This document shows, one piece after another, positions 11,942 to 25,268 of a stretch of DNA of 64,000 bases; position 1 is the stretch's first letter; every line of letters begins with the position of its first letter. The position numbers and the translations under genes were made by a program. Origin of the DNA: Setoptus koraiensis. Its lineage: Eukaryota; Animalia; Arthropoda. The stretch is from the NCBI GenBank assembly GCA_048013815.1, contig CM106585.1, positions 14,508,001 through 14,572,000 of the forward strand, in the 5' to 3' direction. The notes beneath the pieces were generated by a model. That model worked only from the letters and a program-made list of their open reading frames with translations, was not told the DNA's origin and did not search any database.

Positions 11942-14800
11942 TACTCGTATGCCGTTGTTGTATAATGAGGCCAGAGACGCTGACCGACGGCGCAGAGGCG
12001 CGTGGCGCCCCCTCCAAACGGGGCACACTCTCGGCGGACTCGACGGCTCGATCGAGTGAGACGAATTGCGCCAAGTGAATGACGTAACGCCAGCAGCCAA
12101 CAGCCAACAGCAGACAGCGAATGGCATTGCTCGGCCCACGATGGCCCACAATGCCCCGCAATGCCCCGCAATGGCCGATGGCGGCCGGTTGTGTGTCGAC
12201 GCGTAACGTCTAATCTACATAACGCACTCGATTTGGGAACGCGTGCAACGCGTGCAACAGCCAACAGATTTGTACGAGTGCGCAAAACAGCGTGTTGATG
12301 CGGCCGATTCCTTCAAGAAATCCGAGGGAATCGGCCAACAAAAGAATCGGTCCCGTCTGGCCGAACTGGCCGAGCTGCCAATTGCGCAACAACCGCCACT
12401 CATATCGCACCGATCACTAGCTCACACACACAACATACCGGTAACATGTAGATGTGACGCAATCGGGCGAGTGTGTGAAAAATCAACACACCGCCGGCAG
12501 CTAATGGAAAAAGTTAATGGTTGCGTCATTTGTTGGCCATGGATCAATCCAATTGACTCATCTCGTTCAATGCAACAAATTAAATTGCGTAATTCGTGCT
12601 GTCGTGCTTGTTACACCGGCCATGGCACGAGTATCTGATATGTTTATGTGAGACAATTTTGTGAGATTGTGTCTAGTTGTTGCGTCGTGTAGCCGCCGCG
12701 CAATGTTGTCGTCGGTTGTGCCGTGTCGTCGTCGGTTGTGCCGTGTTGCCGCCGCACAGTGTTGTCGTCTGTTCTGTCGAGTGAATAATAACATCATCAA
12801 CACGAACGCAAGTGATCATTAACTTCCCATTAGAGAGTGCCCAACACGTGTTGAGCAACGTAGTGCTGTGCCGGTTGGGGCCCCGCACAGCACAGCGAGC
12901 CGAACACGTAATATGCATGTACATGTGTGTCATGTCTCAATAGGTCTCATTGGACGGGTGCTCCTCATCCTGTGCAAAGTCGCCCCTCATACGTGCGCTC
13001 GTATAAAGCTCGTATAAAGTATATTTGTGCCGCACAACAACCGGCGACCTCGCTCGTGGCACAGTGGCCAGTTGGCGCGCCGTAGAGTGCGCAAGCACGT
13101 GGAAAGAAAACACGTACAAACAAATTGATGATTATTATCGCCTTTCACACGCTTAATAACGGCACAGCAGTGTCACGAGAGTGTTGTCTCGAGTGACTAG
13201 TGTCCACTTCTGTTCACTGTGCGCCCCATCTAAACTGGCGCACGAGTGACACCTCAAAATGTGTGTGCGAGGCCGTGAGTGGGCCCGCGTTATCGGCTTT
13301 CGGCATCTCTGCGTTGATTACTTGATATTACGTGATCATTGTTATTGTTGTTGTTATTAGGCAACACTTACAAGTTGCCCAGTCAAGCCGGTCAGTTATT
13401 TGTCGCTGGCCCATTTGTGCTGACGCAACGCATGCAAACACTGAATATATACACAGCAAATGTATATGTCCGATGGTCAGCTTGACACGTTTGCGTTTGA
13501 TTAATATACATTTGACGAAAATTTTACATATCGATGGTTGTGTGTCCAGTGACAGGGTGCCAGTTGATAAACTCCAGACTCTGGAGTCCAGAGGGCGCAC
13601 AACTAACCGTTAGTAGTGACAGTTGACACTTTCCCACTGTGTCACTACTGTGTCGCCCCAACCGCACCAATGTGCCACTGCTCACAACAACCAGAATCGG
13701 CACAGTAAATCTGTTCGGCTGAGCCGAGCTGAGCTGAGCTGCTCATATTAATTCCGCAATTCGAATGAATTGTGAATAATCGGCCATTGTTGTGGCGCGC
13801 GTTATGACGTTTCGATGACGCTCCTCGGACCGTTGGGGCCCCGACGGTGCGCTTACAATTGACGAGCCTGGGAACGCACGGGCGCCCCCATTATAAACTG
13901 GAAATTGGAGTGGCGAGAATGCGTTTTGCGACTGTGTTTTGCGGTCGCGACAACAACGCCACCTAAAAACAATGAGCGACCGTCCTGACCACATCGCGTT
14001 GCCGGCCAGATTTGTCACCAATTTGACACCGGCTTGCTTGTGCCCGCTCCCCTGCTTGTGCCCGCTCTCTTGCCCGTACCCGCCCGCGCCGACTCGCCCA
14101 CTAATGGCCAAAGGACAAGGGCGCAGTAAGCGGATTGGCGACGCGGCTGACCAGCCCAATGACTTCCGCCCGCTCGACCGCTGCTCCGCTCCGCCGCCGC
14201 CGCTGTTTGTTTGCTCTGTTTGCGGGCGCCCCGTTTCACGCCTGCACAACACTTTGCGCTGGCGCAAAAAACGCAGTCCGTTAGGTGAGTGACAGACATG
14301 AATATCCGATAGCCTGTCAGAGATATCAGAGATCGGACGCAGGGTGTCGCTTTTCGGCTCGGCCATAATTTGCCGTCGCGTCACTGGCGCTCGCCGTTGT
14401 CACCGCGAGGCGAGCGATGGACGCGCCACGTGCACCAACCGAACCAAACTAAAAAGATTCTGGCACGTGGTGCGGCGGCCCAATTCGCCATTTCATTCAT
14501 TTGTGTTTATTTGTATATTATGTCGTGTATTATTATGTTGCGCGTTATGTTGCGCGTTATGTTGGGCATTATGTTGTGTATTTGTTGTGTATTTTGTTGT
14601 GTATTTTGCGCCTTGTATGGGCTGGCTGCGGCGCACACCGCAGCGGGCCGGATAATCTCGCCACTGGATATTCATCGGCGGGCAGGCCATTTTGGCGGCG
14701 GCCCGGTGTGAGAAGCCCGCAGCAAGCGCCTGTCACAGACGAAATGGGCACAAACGAATGCAAATAGCCACTGGTGGCGCCCAACGAGAGCCAGCCCGTG

Positions 14801-14883
14801 CAACCCGTGCACCAAAGGCCAGCTCGTGCAACAAACGCCAACTCGTGCACCAAAGGCCAGCTCGTGCAACAAACGCCAGCTCG
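14801..14883. repeat. 36-bp tandem duplication, about 2.3 copies
   Basis: GTGCACCAAAGGCCAGCTCGTGCAACAAACGCCA(A/G)CTC repeated. Confidence 0.85.
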
Positions 14884-15690
14884 CGCAGAGGCAAGAATCT
14901 CGTAAAAGAAGGGATCTCGTAAAGGAAAAACCTCGTAAAAGGCTCGTCGGGCCCCAGCGTGGAAACATGTCGCAATAAAAGGTCCATCTGGTCAGGTTTT
15001 ACCGTTACGTGTGTGCGCTACTGCAAATTAATGATCTGATTGCAGCGGCAGTTGCCATTGTTACTCTCGCCGGCGCTACTTGACTTGTTCGTAGTTGACA
15101 GGCCTCTCAGAGGTGTCGCCCGGCTTGTGTGTTCACCGGCGACAAACTCTGTTAAAATACCCACAACACTGTTGCACCACGAACGCTGTTGCGCCACGAA
15201 CACTGTTGCGCAATGTTGCGCACCGTTGTTTGCATTCGGCCACAATTGTATTTTTCGCCCTCCGCTCCAAAGGCATCGGCACATTTCCACACGCTACATA
15301 TTATATAATACATATTATGTAATACTCATCGTGTGTTTGCGATGACATTATATATGCAACAGCAATAAAATTGTCGTCCGAGTTCCCACAAGTTGCAGCG
15401 ACCGAACAATAAATCCGAACCAATTCGCAAAGGTGTCCTCGCGAATTCGCTGCCGTTCTTCGAAACTCGGCGCGCGTTTGCTGTCAGTTGTGCTCGCAAT
15501 GTAAAATACATACAAGCGATGCAACTATCGCGTTGTTTGCATTACAATTGCTGACGATTCGCGACAATTCATTAGCCTTTGCACTCATTAGCCCTCGCAC
15601 TCATTAGTCCTTGCTCTCGTTAGCCACCCACAAGCAATTAGCCGAGGGTGGCACAACAGTGACTGTCAACGCCACTTGTTTGCCCAATCG

Positions 15691-15731
15691 ACCGGAAGCT
15701 CGGCTCGATTCGAGCGAGCCGAGCTTCCGGT
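15691..15731. repeat. Perfect 17-bp inverted repeat with 7-nt loop
   Basis: ACCGGAAGCTCGGCTCG-ATTCGAG-CGAGCCGAGCTTCCGGT. Confidence 0.9.
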
Positions 15732-16204
15732 TTATTCTTCGAATTGTTGTAAACGAATCAATGATACATGCATGAGATCGTTGCGCAATATGGAATAATG
15801 TTGCGCAACAAGCACTATTCGGCTCCGAGCGCGCTTAGTTTCGGGGTCCGCCTCCAGAGGGAGACGCTCATTGGGCCCGTTGGTCAGTGAAACAGCGGTC
15901 GCAGCATGCGACACTCGAACGGTCAATGATCGCTGATTCGTGATTTCCGACAAAATGCATACCCAGACCCAAAAACTATTGAAAGCTGTTATGACTATTG
16001 AATTTGGCTGGCTTGCGTCCACCGAACCAATGGGCCCCGTTGCCGAGCGTGAAACGTGACACAGAGGGCGCTGCGAGCTGAGAGATTTGCCCGGTGAGCG
16101 TGCCCAAAGGCGCGCGTGGTGGCGATAATCCACGGCACGCGCTCATCAAGTCCGATTGAATTTTAACTGGAAACCGATTGGTGATTTGTGTGCCGAGCGT
16201 GCAA

Positions 16205-16252
16205 CGTTTTCACACTATTGGCTGCCAGCGAGCGGCCAACAGTGTGAAAGCG
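16205..16252 (+). ncRNA. Candidate pre-miRNA-like hairpin, 21-bp stem
   Basis: 16205-16225 pairs with 16232-16252 with one A-C mismatch, two G.T pairs and a 6-nt loop. I recognise no conserved miRNA in it. Confidence 0.3.
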
Positions 16253-16740
16253 CGATTGTCGCCCCAAATCACAAATGCCGTAGACAAATAAATCATATCA
16301 AGATAAATTCATCAGCGCGATAATAATGTTGTTATAATATGATCATTTGATGATCTGCTCACTGCTGGCGCTTCGCCACGCTCAGTCAGCAGCTTACTGA
16401 GCGTCGCCAACAATGCAAATGGAGACAATTTCCGATAAATACTGGATAAGCGTTTGTGTTGACGAAATTGAAATTGCCGATGCATCATCTAAACAACAAC
16501 AATAATGCCCATTATAATAACTGACCCCTTCGTTGGGCCCATTCACGGGTTGAGGCCGAATGAAGTGACCGGTGGTCAGTTTGTTTGCGCCCTCTCATGG
16601 CCAGCTAAGAGCAGCACTGGCATGGCGGGCGCACGGACGGACTAATCATCAAACATTTGATGATTGATCGATCGGGCACAAGACCGGCCCAATCATGGTT
16701 CAGAGGCATCCTAATCTTGACTGTTTTCCCTGGCCAGAGG

Positions 16741-16830
16741 GGCCAAATGGGCCAAACGGGCCGACGGGCCAAACGGGCCGACGGGCCAAACGGGCCGACG
16801 GGCCAAACGGGCCGACGCGCCAAACGGGCC
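16741..16830. repeat. 9/18-bp tandem repeat (GGGCCAAAC GGGCCGAC)
   Basis: Read directly from the sequence. Confidence 0.9.
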
Positions 16831-17827
16831 AAACGTGCGGTCGCACGAGCTTATGCTGGACACTGGCGCGGATATTCTCATGCGCGTACCCGAAAGCTAA
16901 ACACAATGTATAATAATGTGTAATTGTCGCAATGCCCATCGGAGGCCCGAATCAGTTTTCGTGGCCCCGTGCGCCATTCGGTACCAGTGCGGACAGCGGC
17001 CGTTCGGTACCAGTGCGGACAGCAGTTTGCAACTGGGCTGCTACTCCCACGTCAAATCGGGCGCCCGTGTCTCGTTTAATTGTTTGCTTAACCTCGGCAT
17101 GTTTATGCTTGTTGTCACCGCCAGCGGGCCCGCCGAACCGATTTTGGCCGGCCCGGCAAATCAATCATCATTGATGGATGGATTGATTGAGATTTTTCAA
17201 CATTCTCTCTATTTACCGGAATTTTCGGCCGGTCGCACATAGGCGCCTGTTTGTGTGCGCCATGGTGGCTCTATTGTGTCAATCACAGGTACGCCACAAC
17301 TATATATAGATATATATACACTCTGGTGTAGTTGCCAGACGCACACACAGATATAATAATACGAGCCGTTTGCGTCATCCATCATTAGCATAATCGCCAA
17401 CAAAGGGATAACTGTCATCGAATTGACGTTGCTTTATTTTTCTCTATCTTTTGTGGCGCAACACGAGCGAACTCATATTTTGCCCTGATTGCTCTCAGTG
17501 AGCGCACAGTGGAGCGTGCAGCCAGCCTTGGGAGCCCCACTTGAATAGTGTGAGATTTGCAGAGGTTTCCAGCGAGAAGCTTTGCGACCAACCGACGGCT
17601 AAATCGCCAGACAGCAACGATATTGTCACGCTTTGTGCGTGCACTGGTCGCACGGACCCTAATGAGCAGCCCAAATGATGAGATTGATCAGCGGCGTCTT
17701 AATTATCAATTACCAATATCAGTTTTCTCAAAGCCGGAACTATTGTGCTCGACTATTGTGTTCATTTGGAGAGAGTTCGCACGCCGGAGCGAGCGTTATC
17801 TGCGCCGGGAAGCGCCAAGAGACGGAC

Positions 17828-17900
17828 GCAAAAGAACGCAAAGAACGCAAAAGAACACGAAAGAACGCAAAGAACGCAAAGAACACAAAGAACACGCGCA
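17828..17900. repeat. 9-bp tandem repeat (AAAGAAC(G/A)C)
   Basis: Read directly from the sequence. Confidence 0.85.
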
Positions 17901-19729
17901 CGAACCCTTCATGTTCTTCGCCGGCACGAGTTCGCTGATCGAGCAGCGGGCCCGAACAACGCGCACGAGAACGCAAAGGGTTCGCGCCGGACGGTGCACC
18001 GTTCATCAGCCGGCCAGCCAGCACGCGTCTAAATCGACTCGAGCACGTGTTGTGACACTTTTTGCTGGCGCCATTCCCATTAGCGCCGGCACAATTCGTC
18101 TCGTTCTCTCTATTACTTTCTATTGCTTTCTGTTGCGTCATCGCGGCGGCACCGTTAGCAGATTATTGCTGCGCAGATAGATTGATTGTGAAAGTGATCG
18201 AAGAATGGAATTGAGTGGCAACTATCGCTTTTTTATTCCCATTGAAATGGGGGGCGCCTCACTTGGCGGTTCGCTCGTTGCGCGCGCCAATTAATTAAGC
18301 TCCTTTGCTCTTTTTGTCTAAGTTGCTGATCGTCATCGATCAAACTTTTGAATTTTGCTCGCCAGACTCCTCACATATTCTCGTATATTCTTATATATTC
18401 TCGTGTATTGTTATATATTCTCGCTTATTCTTACATATTCTCATATATTCATGTACATGTTGAAATCAGTGAGCGCTGCGCCGCCAGATCGTGAGATAGT
18501 TGGCGTCTCAGCCTCTCGATATGGTGCCGCAAATGCGACTGCATTTGGAAATATTTCAACGTATAAGAGAGGGGCCCGGACGGGCGAGTGGCTCCCTCTC
18601 ACTTAGCTTTGGATTGACTCGCCCCGTAACTGCATCGACAGGCATCTAATGGCCAGTGCGAAAAACTCTTTTCCTGCCATCGGCCCCAGAAATAAACCTC
18701 GGCTGCACTGTGTCCACGGCACGAAATCTCTCAGCATCGCAATTCATTTGCCAGAACGGCATTGCATCTAGGTAAGAGAGGAGGCCCACAGGATGGCCCC
18801 ATTGTGGGCCACAATTTGTGGCACGTACAGGAGACAGCGTGTAATGCGAGCAGGCAATATAGGTTAGAGTTGCAGTTCGAGGTAGTGCTCTGGTGGGTGA
18901 TCTATTGGCTGGTGGCCATGCGCGGATTGGAGCCAATTTAGGGTCATTTGTATATGTTTGTATATGGGTTTAATTGGAGTTTTCTAGGCTGACAAGCACA
19001 ACAGTGAATGGCGTCAGTCGCCACTTGCCAGGCTCACAAGTGGCTAATCTGAGACAATTTAAACTGTCATTTGACTAATCCATTTCGACGCACACACACA
19101 TATCGCGTTTCCACTTACAATTTGGGCGCATAAGCCTGATAAACGGCAGCTCGCAATCACTGCCTGGCTGCGCAACGATAATTGGCTTTCGTGCATCGAA
19201 ATTGTGACACTATGCAATAATACTATTAAGTTGATAGTATTATCTGTTGTTGGGGCCATTGTGCTGTGCACTGTTTATCCGCACAGATGAATCGATGTGA
19301 GCACGATCGCCGGCGATGCTTCGACCGCCGAACGCACAACGGATATTTCAATGGACAAACAGCAAACAAGTCAGCGAACTGGTCAGAGCAAACGACAAAT
19401 GTCCAAACTGGGCCTACAATGGCTTCGCTGTCGCTGTCGCTGTCGGACGCTCACCGAACGCGTATCGGCTGCCGAACGCACACCGAACGCACAGCGCCGA
19501 GGGTAGCGCCGAAGCATGATTTACGAGGCCCCATTTAGGCTGGTGGCGCGTGCACCTTGCATCTTGTGCCGGCTAGTCAGCGTCGGTCGGTGCAGCCGTG
19601 GATTATTAGCGCCAATAACAGATAATGGCAGATAATTAGTGCAGCGTGCATCGCAATCAACTATCCGCGATCAGCTGTCAACTTGCAACTGTCAGCCGAT
19701 ATGACACGAGATGTGCTGTTTATTTGGTG

Positions 19730-19830
19730 CCATCATTGGCATCATCGGCATCATTGGCATCGTTGGCATCGTTGGCATCATTGGCATCGTTGGCATCGTT
19801 GGCATCGTTGGCATCATTGATATCGTTGCC
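19730..19830. repeat. 9-bp tandem repeat (GGCATC(A/G)TT), about 10 copies
   Basis: Read directly. Explains the GII/MPT/DAN shadow ORFs. Confidence 0.9.
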
Positions 19831-22800
19831 ATCATTGCTATTATTGATGTGCACCCGGCACCAGTGTGTCGCGCACGTAGTACGTGCACGCACACACACA
19901 CAATCTGTTTGATCTGTGCATCTAATTTGCATACGGCACTAATAACAAGTACACAAGTGCACACGATTACGGCGGCTCATGGGGCCGGCTTACGGCCCTT
20001 ATGTGAGATGTGGGTATGTGCAGATTGACATCTTAAATTTGGCCCATTGACAGTGCAACTGATTGCGACGATTTGGGGCCGCATCTAGCCACGCTCGCAT
20101 TGGCTGGCAATTGCGACCGACCGACAACTGGCAGATAAGTGTCAGATAAGCAATGTCAGACAGCTCAAGCAGCGGGACGCAACAACAGTGATAATGTGGT
20201 CTGTCATAATGTCATATGTTTATGTTACAAGTGCAAGTGGCGTTTGCGATTGTTTGTACGGTCGCAATTGTTTGTGTCGTTGTTGTTTGTGTCGTTGTTG
20301 GTTGTGGGGTCGTCGGCGCTTGTGCGGCGCTACCCGTCGCGGCGGCAACCCGTACCCCGGCGTTGATTGGGGCCCGACGGTGCACTTGCTGGCGGCGCTG
20401 ATGCTGCTGCCGCCACTCACAACTGTTTTATGCGGCCGTCGTGTCAGTTTACGCAACAATGATGCAACAACGATACAACCATGCACCAATGATGCGACTA
20501 TGCACCATCGATGCAACGATGATATGTGTGTGTGTGTGTATGATATGACAACTCGATATGAATCATGCTGTCGTGAATCGGATTTAAGTTGATTGTAGAC
20601 ACACATGACAATGGTAGGAATTTGTTGGAAAATGTAACCGGAGTTGCATTGCCATTCGGGGCTCGCAGCCAGCATCACTTTCGATTTAAGTGGGCCCCAA
20701 ACTAAACATGATTCATGGCTCGTGATGCAACTGCTAATGCATCTGCATCTGTGTGTGTAACTGCATGGATATCTCTGGCCAATGCAGCAGCTATTTGCTG
20801 GTCGACCTAACAGCGACACAAACGGCATAAATCACAATTGGCACCGGCTAAATTTGTTTGTCAAGTTGTTGTTTCGAACGGCATCACTTGCACCACTCAC
20901 AACGGCGCCGCACAACAAATACGCGCCACACTGCCAAATATCTGCCAAATGGGCCCCGTCCAACGCCCGTCCGACTCTGGGAGCCTCCTCGAAGGGTCCG
21001 TTGGAGGCAACAAGACCTGGCAGCAAAATTATTATAATTTGCCGCATCACTTGTTCCCCATTAGCCGACTGTGTACAACGGATCGCGATTTGGCGTTGCG
21101 CGCAAACAACAAACCAGGGCCACTGTTTATTGTCGATATTGTCGGGCCACGTACACCGGCGATCCGGTGCGGCATATTGACACAACTTGCTCGCACTGTC
21201 TGGCCTATACTGGCCACATACGACAACTCGAGCTCAGGTGCCGGGCCCCAAAATGCCGGCCGCGTTTGTGTCCGAATGTTTGTTTTGACACGGTGGCGCT
21301 GATACACGCAAACAACAAATACTGACAAACACATCACAGGCGCAAATGGCAGCAGACAACGACCGCGGACAAACAAAACAATTGCTGTTTGCTGAGCATT
21401 CGGCTCAAATTTGAATATCAATCGAGTTCACGTATCAGTATCAAGAGTTAAACTAGCGAAACTAGTGTCTCGAAATTGTGTCACGCCAATTTATTGTTCG
21501 CCCACCAACTTAACCCAATGAACACGAACATTAGTGGCCCCAGCGAACGCGTATCACATGCGGCATATGTATTTAAAATGAGCCCATCATTGGCTCATTT
21601 TAATAATATAAATATCATCATAATGTGTCATTTTATCTCTTTTTGATTGATCTGTAATGGGCCTTTTATTGGCGCCCCTCTCGTCGGCTGGCCTGAGCGG
21701 GCCTCTTCGACTGCGACTTGGCCATGGCCACATTACCACCATTATGCGCATATCCACACATATGCAGCGGTATAAATAAATGATAGTGCGACAGTAGACA
21801 GAAAAACGCCAGATGCTCAAATGGCCATTATTGTCTATTTTAGGCCACTGCTCCGGCGCCCAGTTTTTGCAAGCTCCTTGCTCGCAGCAACATAACGAGC
21901 AGATAAAAAACGCCAAGAGAAGAAGAAAAAAGCAGCGAGAGAGAGAGCGCGCCAGAAAAAAGAGTTGCCCCGAAAGAGAGTGATATGGTGCGAAAAGAAA
22001 AGCTTATTATTGCGACCAGAGTAGATTATTATTATTGCACTGCAACACTAGCGATACTATTGCTAGAGTTATAATAACTGCAGCCATTGCCAGGGACCCC
22101 GCCGCCCCCTCCGACCTATCCATCTAAATCGACATTGACGGTCTGCTGACAGTTGCTCGGCCGCCAACTGACAGCCGGCCCCCACACGAATTGTCAGCGT
22201 TAAATGAACGAAACTAAATGGCCAATTTTGTCACTGGGCCCGATCTCGGAATGCTGCCAATCGGCGCGAATTGCTCACAATTGGTGCGATGGCTGGCGTT
22301 TTCTTGAGTTTTCTTGGGTTTGTCAGTGTGTGGCTGACTGTTGCCGCTCGTTTCAGCCAATTGGCTCGTCGGTGCAACTAACCAACTGAGAATGAGCCAA
22401 CCGACTGCAACTGGCCCCATTTATTGCGCAACGATACGGCATTCGACATTAGCCCCGATTGCCCGAACCGGTTGAGTTGGCAAGTATCTGACTGGTTCGT
22501 TCTGTTGCATTTGCAATTTCCATCGATGGTGAATCGAGGCAATTTCTGCGGTCAGCCCATTGAGGGTGCCCAGAGTTCGGGCAAGATTTCGCGGCGAACA
22601 AGCGAACTGGTTTGCTCTCACTGAGCCAAGAAACGGGGTCGCCGGGCCCGTCGACACCTGGTTACGACGCTGCAACCAACTGTTGGCCCCAAACGACCGT
22701 TTCTCGGTCAACTAAGCGCACAGCAAATACGGTTCGGGCGACCTCTGCTCAATCGATGGTGGCCCTCGCATAAATCATAATTTCGTAGAAATCATAATGC

Positions 22801-24410
22801 TTAGTCTTGATAGTTGCGGTGCGCCAATTACCAATTGGCGACAATCGCAATGACAATTCGTACTGACAATAGCACTGACGATAGCACCGACAATTTGCAA
22901 TAACGGCGCAATCAGCTGTCGATGTGTGAGGCGATCTCTTGTATTCATTATAACTTATGTAATCAAGTCAAGTTGTTACATGGTGACATGGTGTTAATAG
23001 CGCCACTCGTGGGCCGACCAAGAGCGGGCATGTCGCTCGGGTGGCCGCGCAACAAGACGGCCAGTTGTCGTGCCGCAGTCACCATTAATCATCGCCGGCC
23101 CGACTAACGGTCGGCCGCGTAGGTAGCTGAGGTGTAGTGAACCGTTAGATGGTCACTGGTTACGTGTCACTTAACTTGTGACACAAGCGAGCAGATGAGC
23201 ACAGTTTGTCGAGATACGCGCGCCATTCAATAAACCGGCAACTGTCACTCGATTGGCCCGGGTGACAGTTGAACCAGCTGACTGTGGCCGACGGTGTTGT
23301 TGTTGTGTCCGACTTGCAGTTGAGCTGACAAACATGCCTGGCTCAACTGCAAATTAACTGACAACCTATTGCAAATAGCGAAAAAGTGAAAAAGTCAACA
23401 CGGCGCACAATTTATGCAAATGCGCCAACTGTTGCCCGCCATCGGGCCGCACGATCGGGCCGCGCTCGGGCCGCCATCGGGAGCTGGCCAGCGCCCAGTT
23501 GTCGACAGTGGCTGCGAGCGGCTGCCGGCGACAAACAATGTTGTTTGCGTCGGCTGCTTAGTATGCAAATTGGCCCGTTGACATTGTTAATTTAGTGCTG
23601 ATGATTTAGTCAACTGACAATGGTTTAGCAGCACAAAATGACAAAATAAATTCAGCACAACTAACCCGATTACATGCGACTCCCAGTGGCCCGTCAATGG
23701 TCTTTTGGGCGCAACTCGAGCGGAGCAGTGAGCGACGGCCGCACAGTTTGGCGTGTCCATCGCACAGGTGTTAATTATAAATAGGTTTATGCAAATTGCA
23801 AATTGCGCGATTTGCGCGCGCGCGCGCAATTATAACTTGTTACATGTGCCATGTAAATTATGTGCTGCTTGCACCTTGACGCGGTCGCGCTTGTTGCGAC
23901 ACCCCCAGCCCAGGCTAACTTGTTGCGCAACCGGCCCAGCACGAGCTCAAACGAGAGCACGTACCGCTGGCCAGCATTGTGCCTGGTTGCACGCGCTACG
24001 TGCTATGTGTTATACCGATGAGTTATATAATCGTTACGCGTACAATGCGCCCAGTACGTGGCGCACGTTGTATAGACTTGGGCGCGCGCTGCACATTGCG
24101 CGTTCGCGGCGCATGCGCCCCCCACTTGTCGCCCGAGATTGAAGTAGGGCCTCGAGTGGGGCACGTGCCGACCATCGACCGGCACACAAATGATAAATGT
24201 ACCAGCCCACGCGCGCCAAAGCGTAATATGTGTGCGCAAAATGTGCATGCGCGCGCATTGCGCGCAAGTTTCGCGCACGAACCCAAACCCAATGACACTT
24301 TCACCAAACCAAAGTGATTCGCTTGTGCCAATACGCACCGGTGCTGCTGCTGCTGCTACTGGTACGCGCACAAGTGTCTGCACGAGCTGCAAGTTGGCGG
24401 CGCCAGAACA

Positions 24411-24450
24411 CGGGTATAAATAGGCGCCCCATGAGTGAAACCGGCACAGT
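24411..24450 (+). promoter_or_regulatory. TATA box and Inr-like CACAGT upstream of the BH3-like ORF
   Basis: GGGTATAAATAGG with TATA at 24415 and ACAGT about 31-33 nt downstream, followed by an AAC-rich leader and the ATG at 24723. Confidence 0.55.
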
Positions 24451-24722
24451 AGTGAGTTACTTTTGAGCAGTGAGCAAGTCGAGGAAAAGGCGCGCCAAAC
24501 AGCGATCGCGACAACACAACAAACTTACAAGTTTCAACAAACTAATAATGAGCCATTAGCTCACACACAACAGCAACAACAACAACAACAACGACAACAA
24601 CTAGTCAACCACCCAAAGTAACAAACAATCTGACCACTAGTCAACAAGCGACCAGCCGCAAAGCAAGCGAATTGTGCCCCAATCCGTCCAATCAAACCAG
24701 CCAATCGAGCGAGCCAGCAACA

Positions 24723-25268
24723 ATGTCCACGATAGGCCACAGCCAAGAGTCATACAGGATAACATTAGATGTGTCCATTGGTCAAGACCGCATTGGTCAA
24801 GAACAGGGGCAGCCAGACGAAACAGCGAACAGCAATGAATTACTCAGATCTATTGGCCGACAATTGAGACTCATCAGCCAAGAATTCGAGCGTCAACGGC
24901 GAACAGGAACAACAAGCCCCTGTCTTACGTCATCATCGTCGTGCCCCTACAGCCAAGTAGCAGCCGCTATTTCCGGTGCCCCCGGTCAACTTCATTCGGC
25001 CACACACGCCCCAACAATTGTTTCATTCCTATGCCCGTGCCGGTGCCCAATGTCGCGCTTGTCAAACGAGGACACCTTGGTACCCCATACCCACCGCCAC
25101 AACAACATCGTGACAACATGCCCGCACCAGCAACCAACCCGCTCTATACAATTCAGGTCAGCCAAGCCAAGCGGTCAGCAGATAGCTACCAAAATTGCGC
25201 GCCACAACAAGAGGCAACAATCAACGGCCCCAACGGCCCTCGCAAGGCTCATCTGCTTATCCCTATGA
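24723..25268 (+). CDS. 181-aa orphan protein with a BH3-like helix (candidate BH3-only protein)
   Basis: First ATG of the 24672-25268 frame (MSTIGHSQ...). Contains LRSIGRQLRLISQEFERQ and ends in CLSL. TATA upstream, a GTGAGT...CCAG intron candidate at 25276-25362, and AATAAA near 25476. Confidence 0.5.
   Translation: MSTIGHSQESYRITLDVSIGQDRIGQEQGQPDETANSNELLRSIGRQLRLISQEFERQRRTGTTSPCLTSSSSCPYSQVAAAISGAPGQLHSATHAPTIVSFLCPCRCPMSRLSNEDTLVPHTHRHNNIVTTCPHQQPTRSIQFRSAKPSGQQIATKIARHNKRQQSTAPTALARLICLSL

Noticed and set aside
15317-15328. 12-nt match to the 5' end of miR-12 (minus strand)
   Set aside because: No hairpin, the 3' half does not match, and a 12-mer hit is plausible by chance when many miRNAs are tried.
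23020-23860. p53-like half sites (GGGCATGTCG, AAACATGCCT, CTTG/CATG cluster) upstream of the BH3-like gene
   Set aside because: Only isolated half sites, and the spacing does not form a full RRRCWWGYYY x2 element.
1-24400. The many 60-240-aa ORFs in the track
   Set aside because: They are mostly non-ATG starts, driven by tandem repeats, overlapping on both strands, and without recognisable domains.
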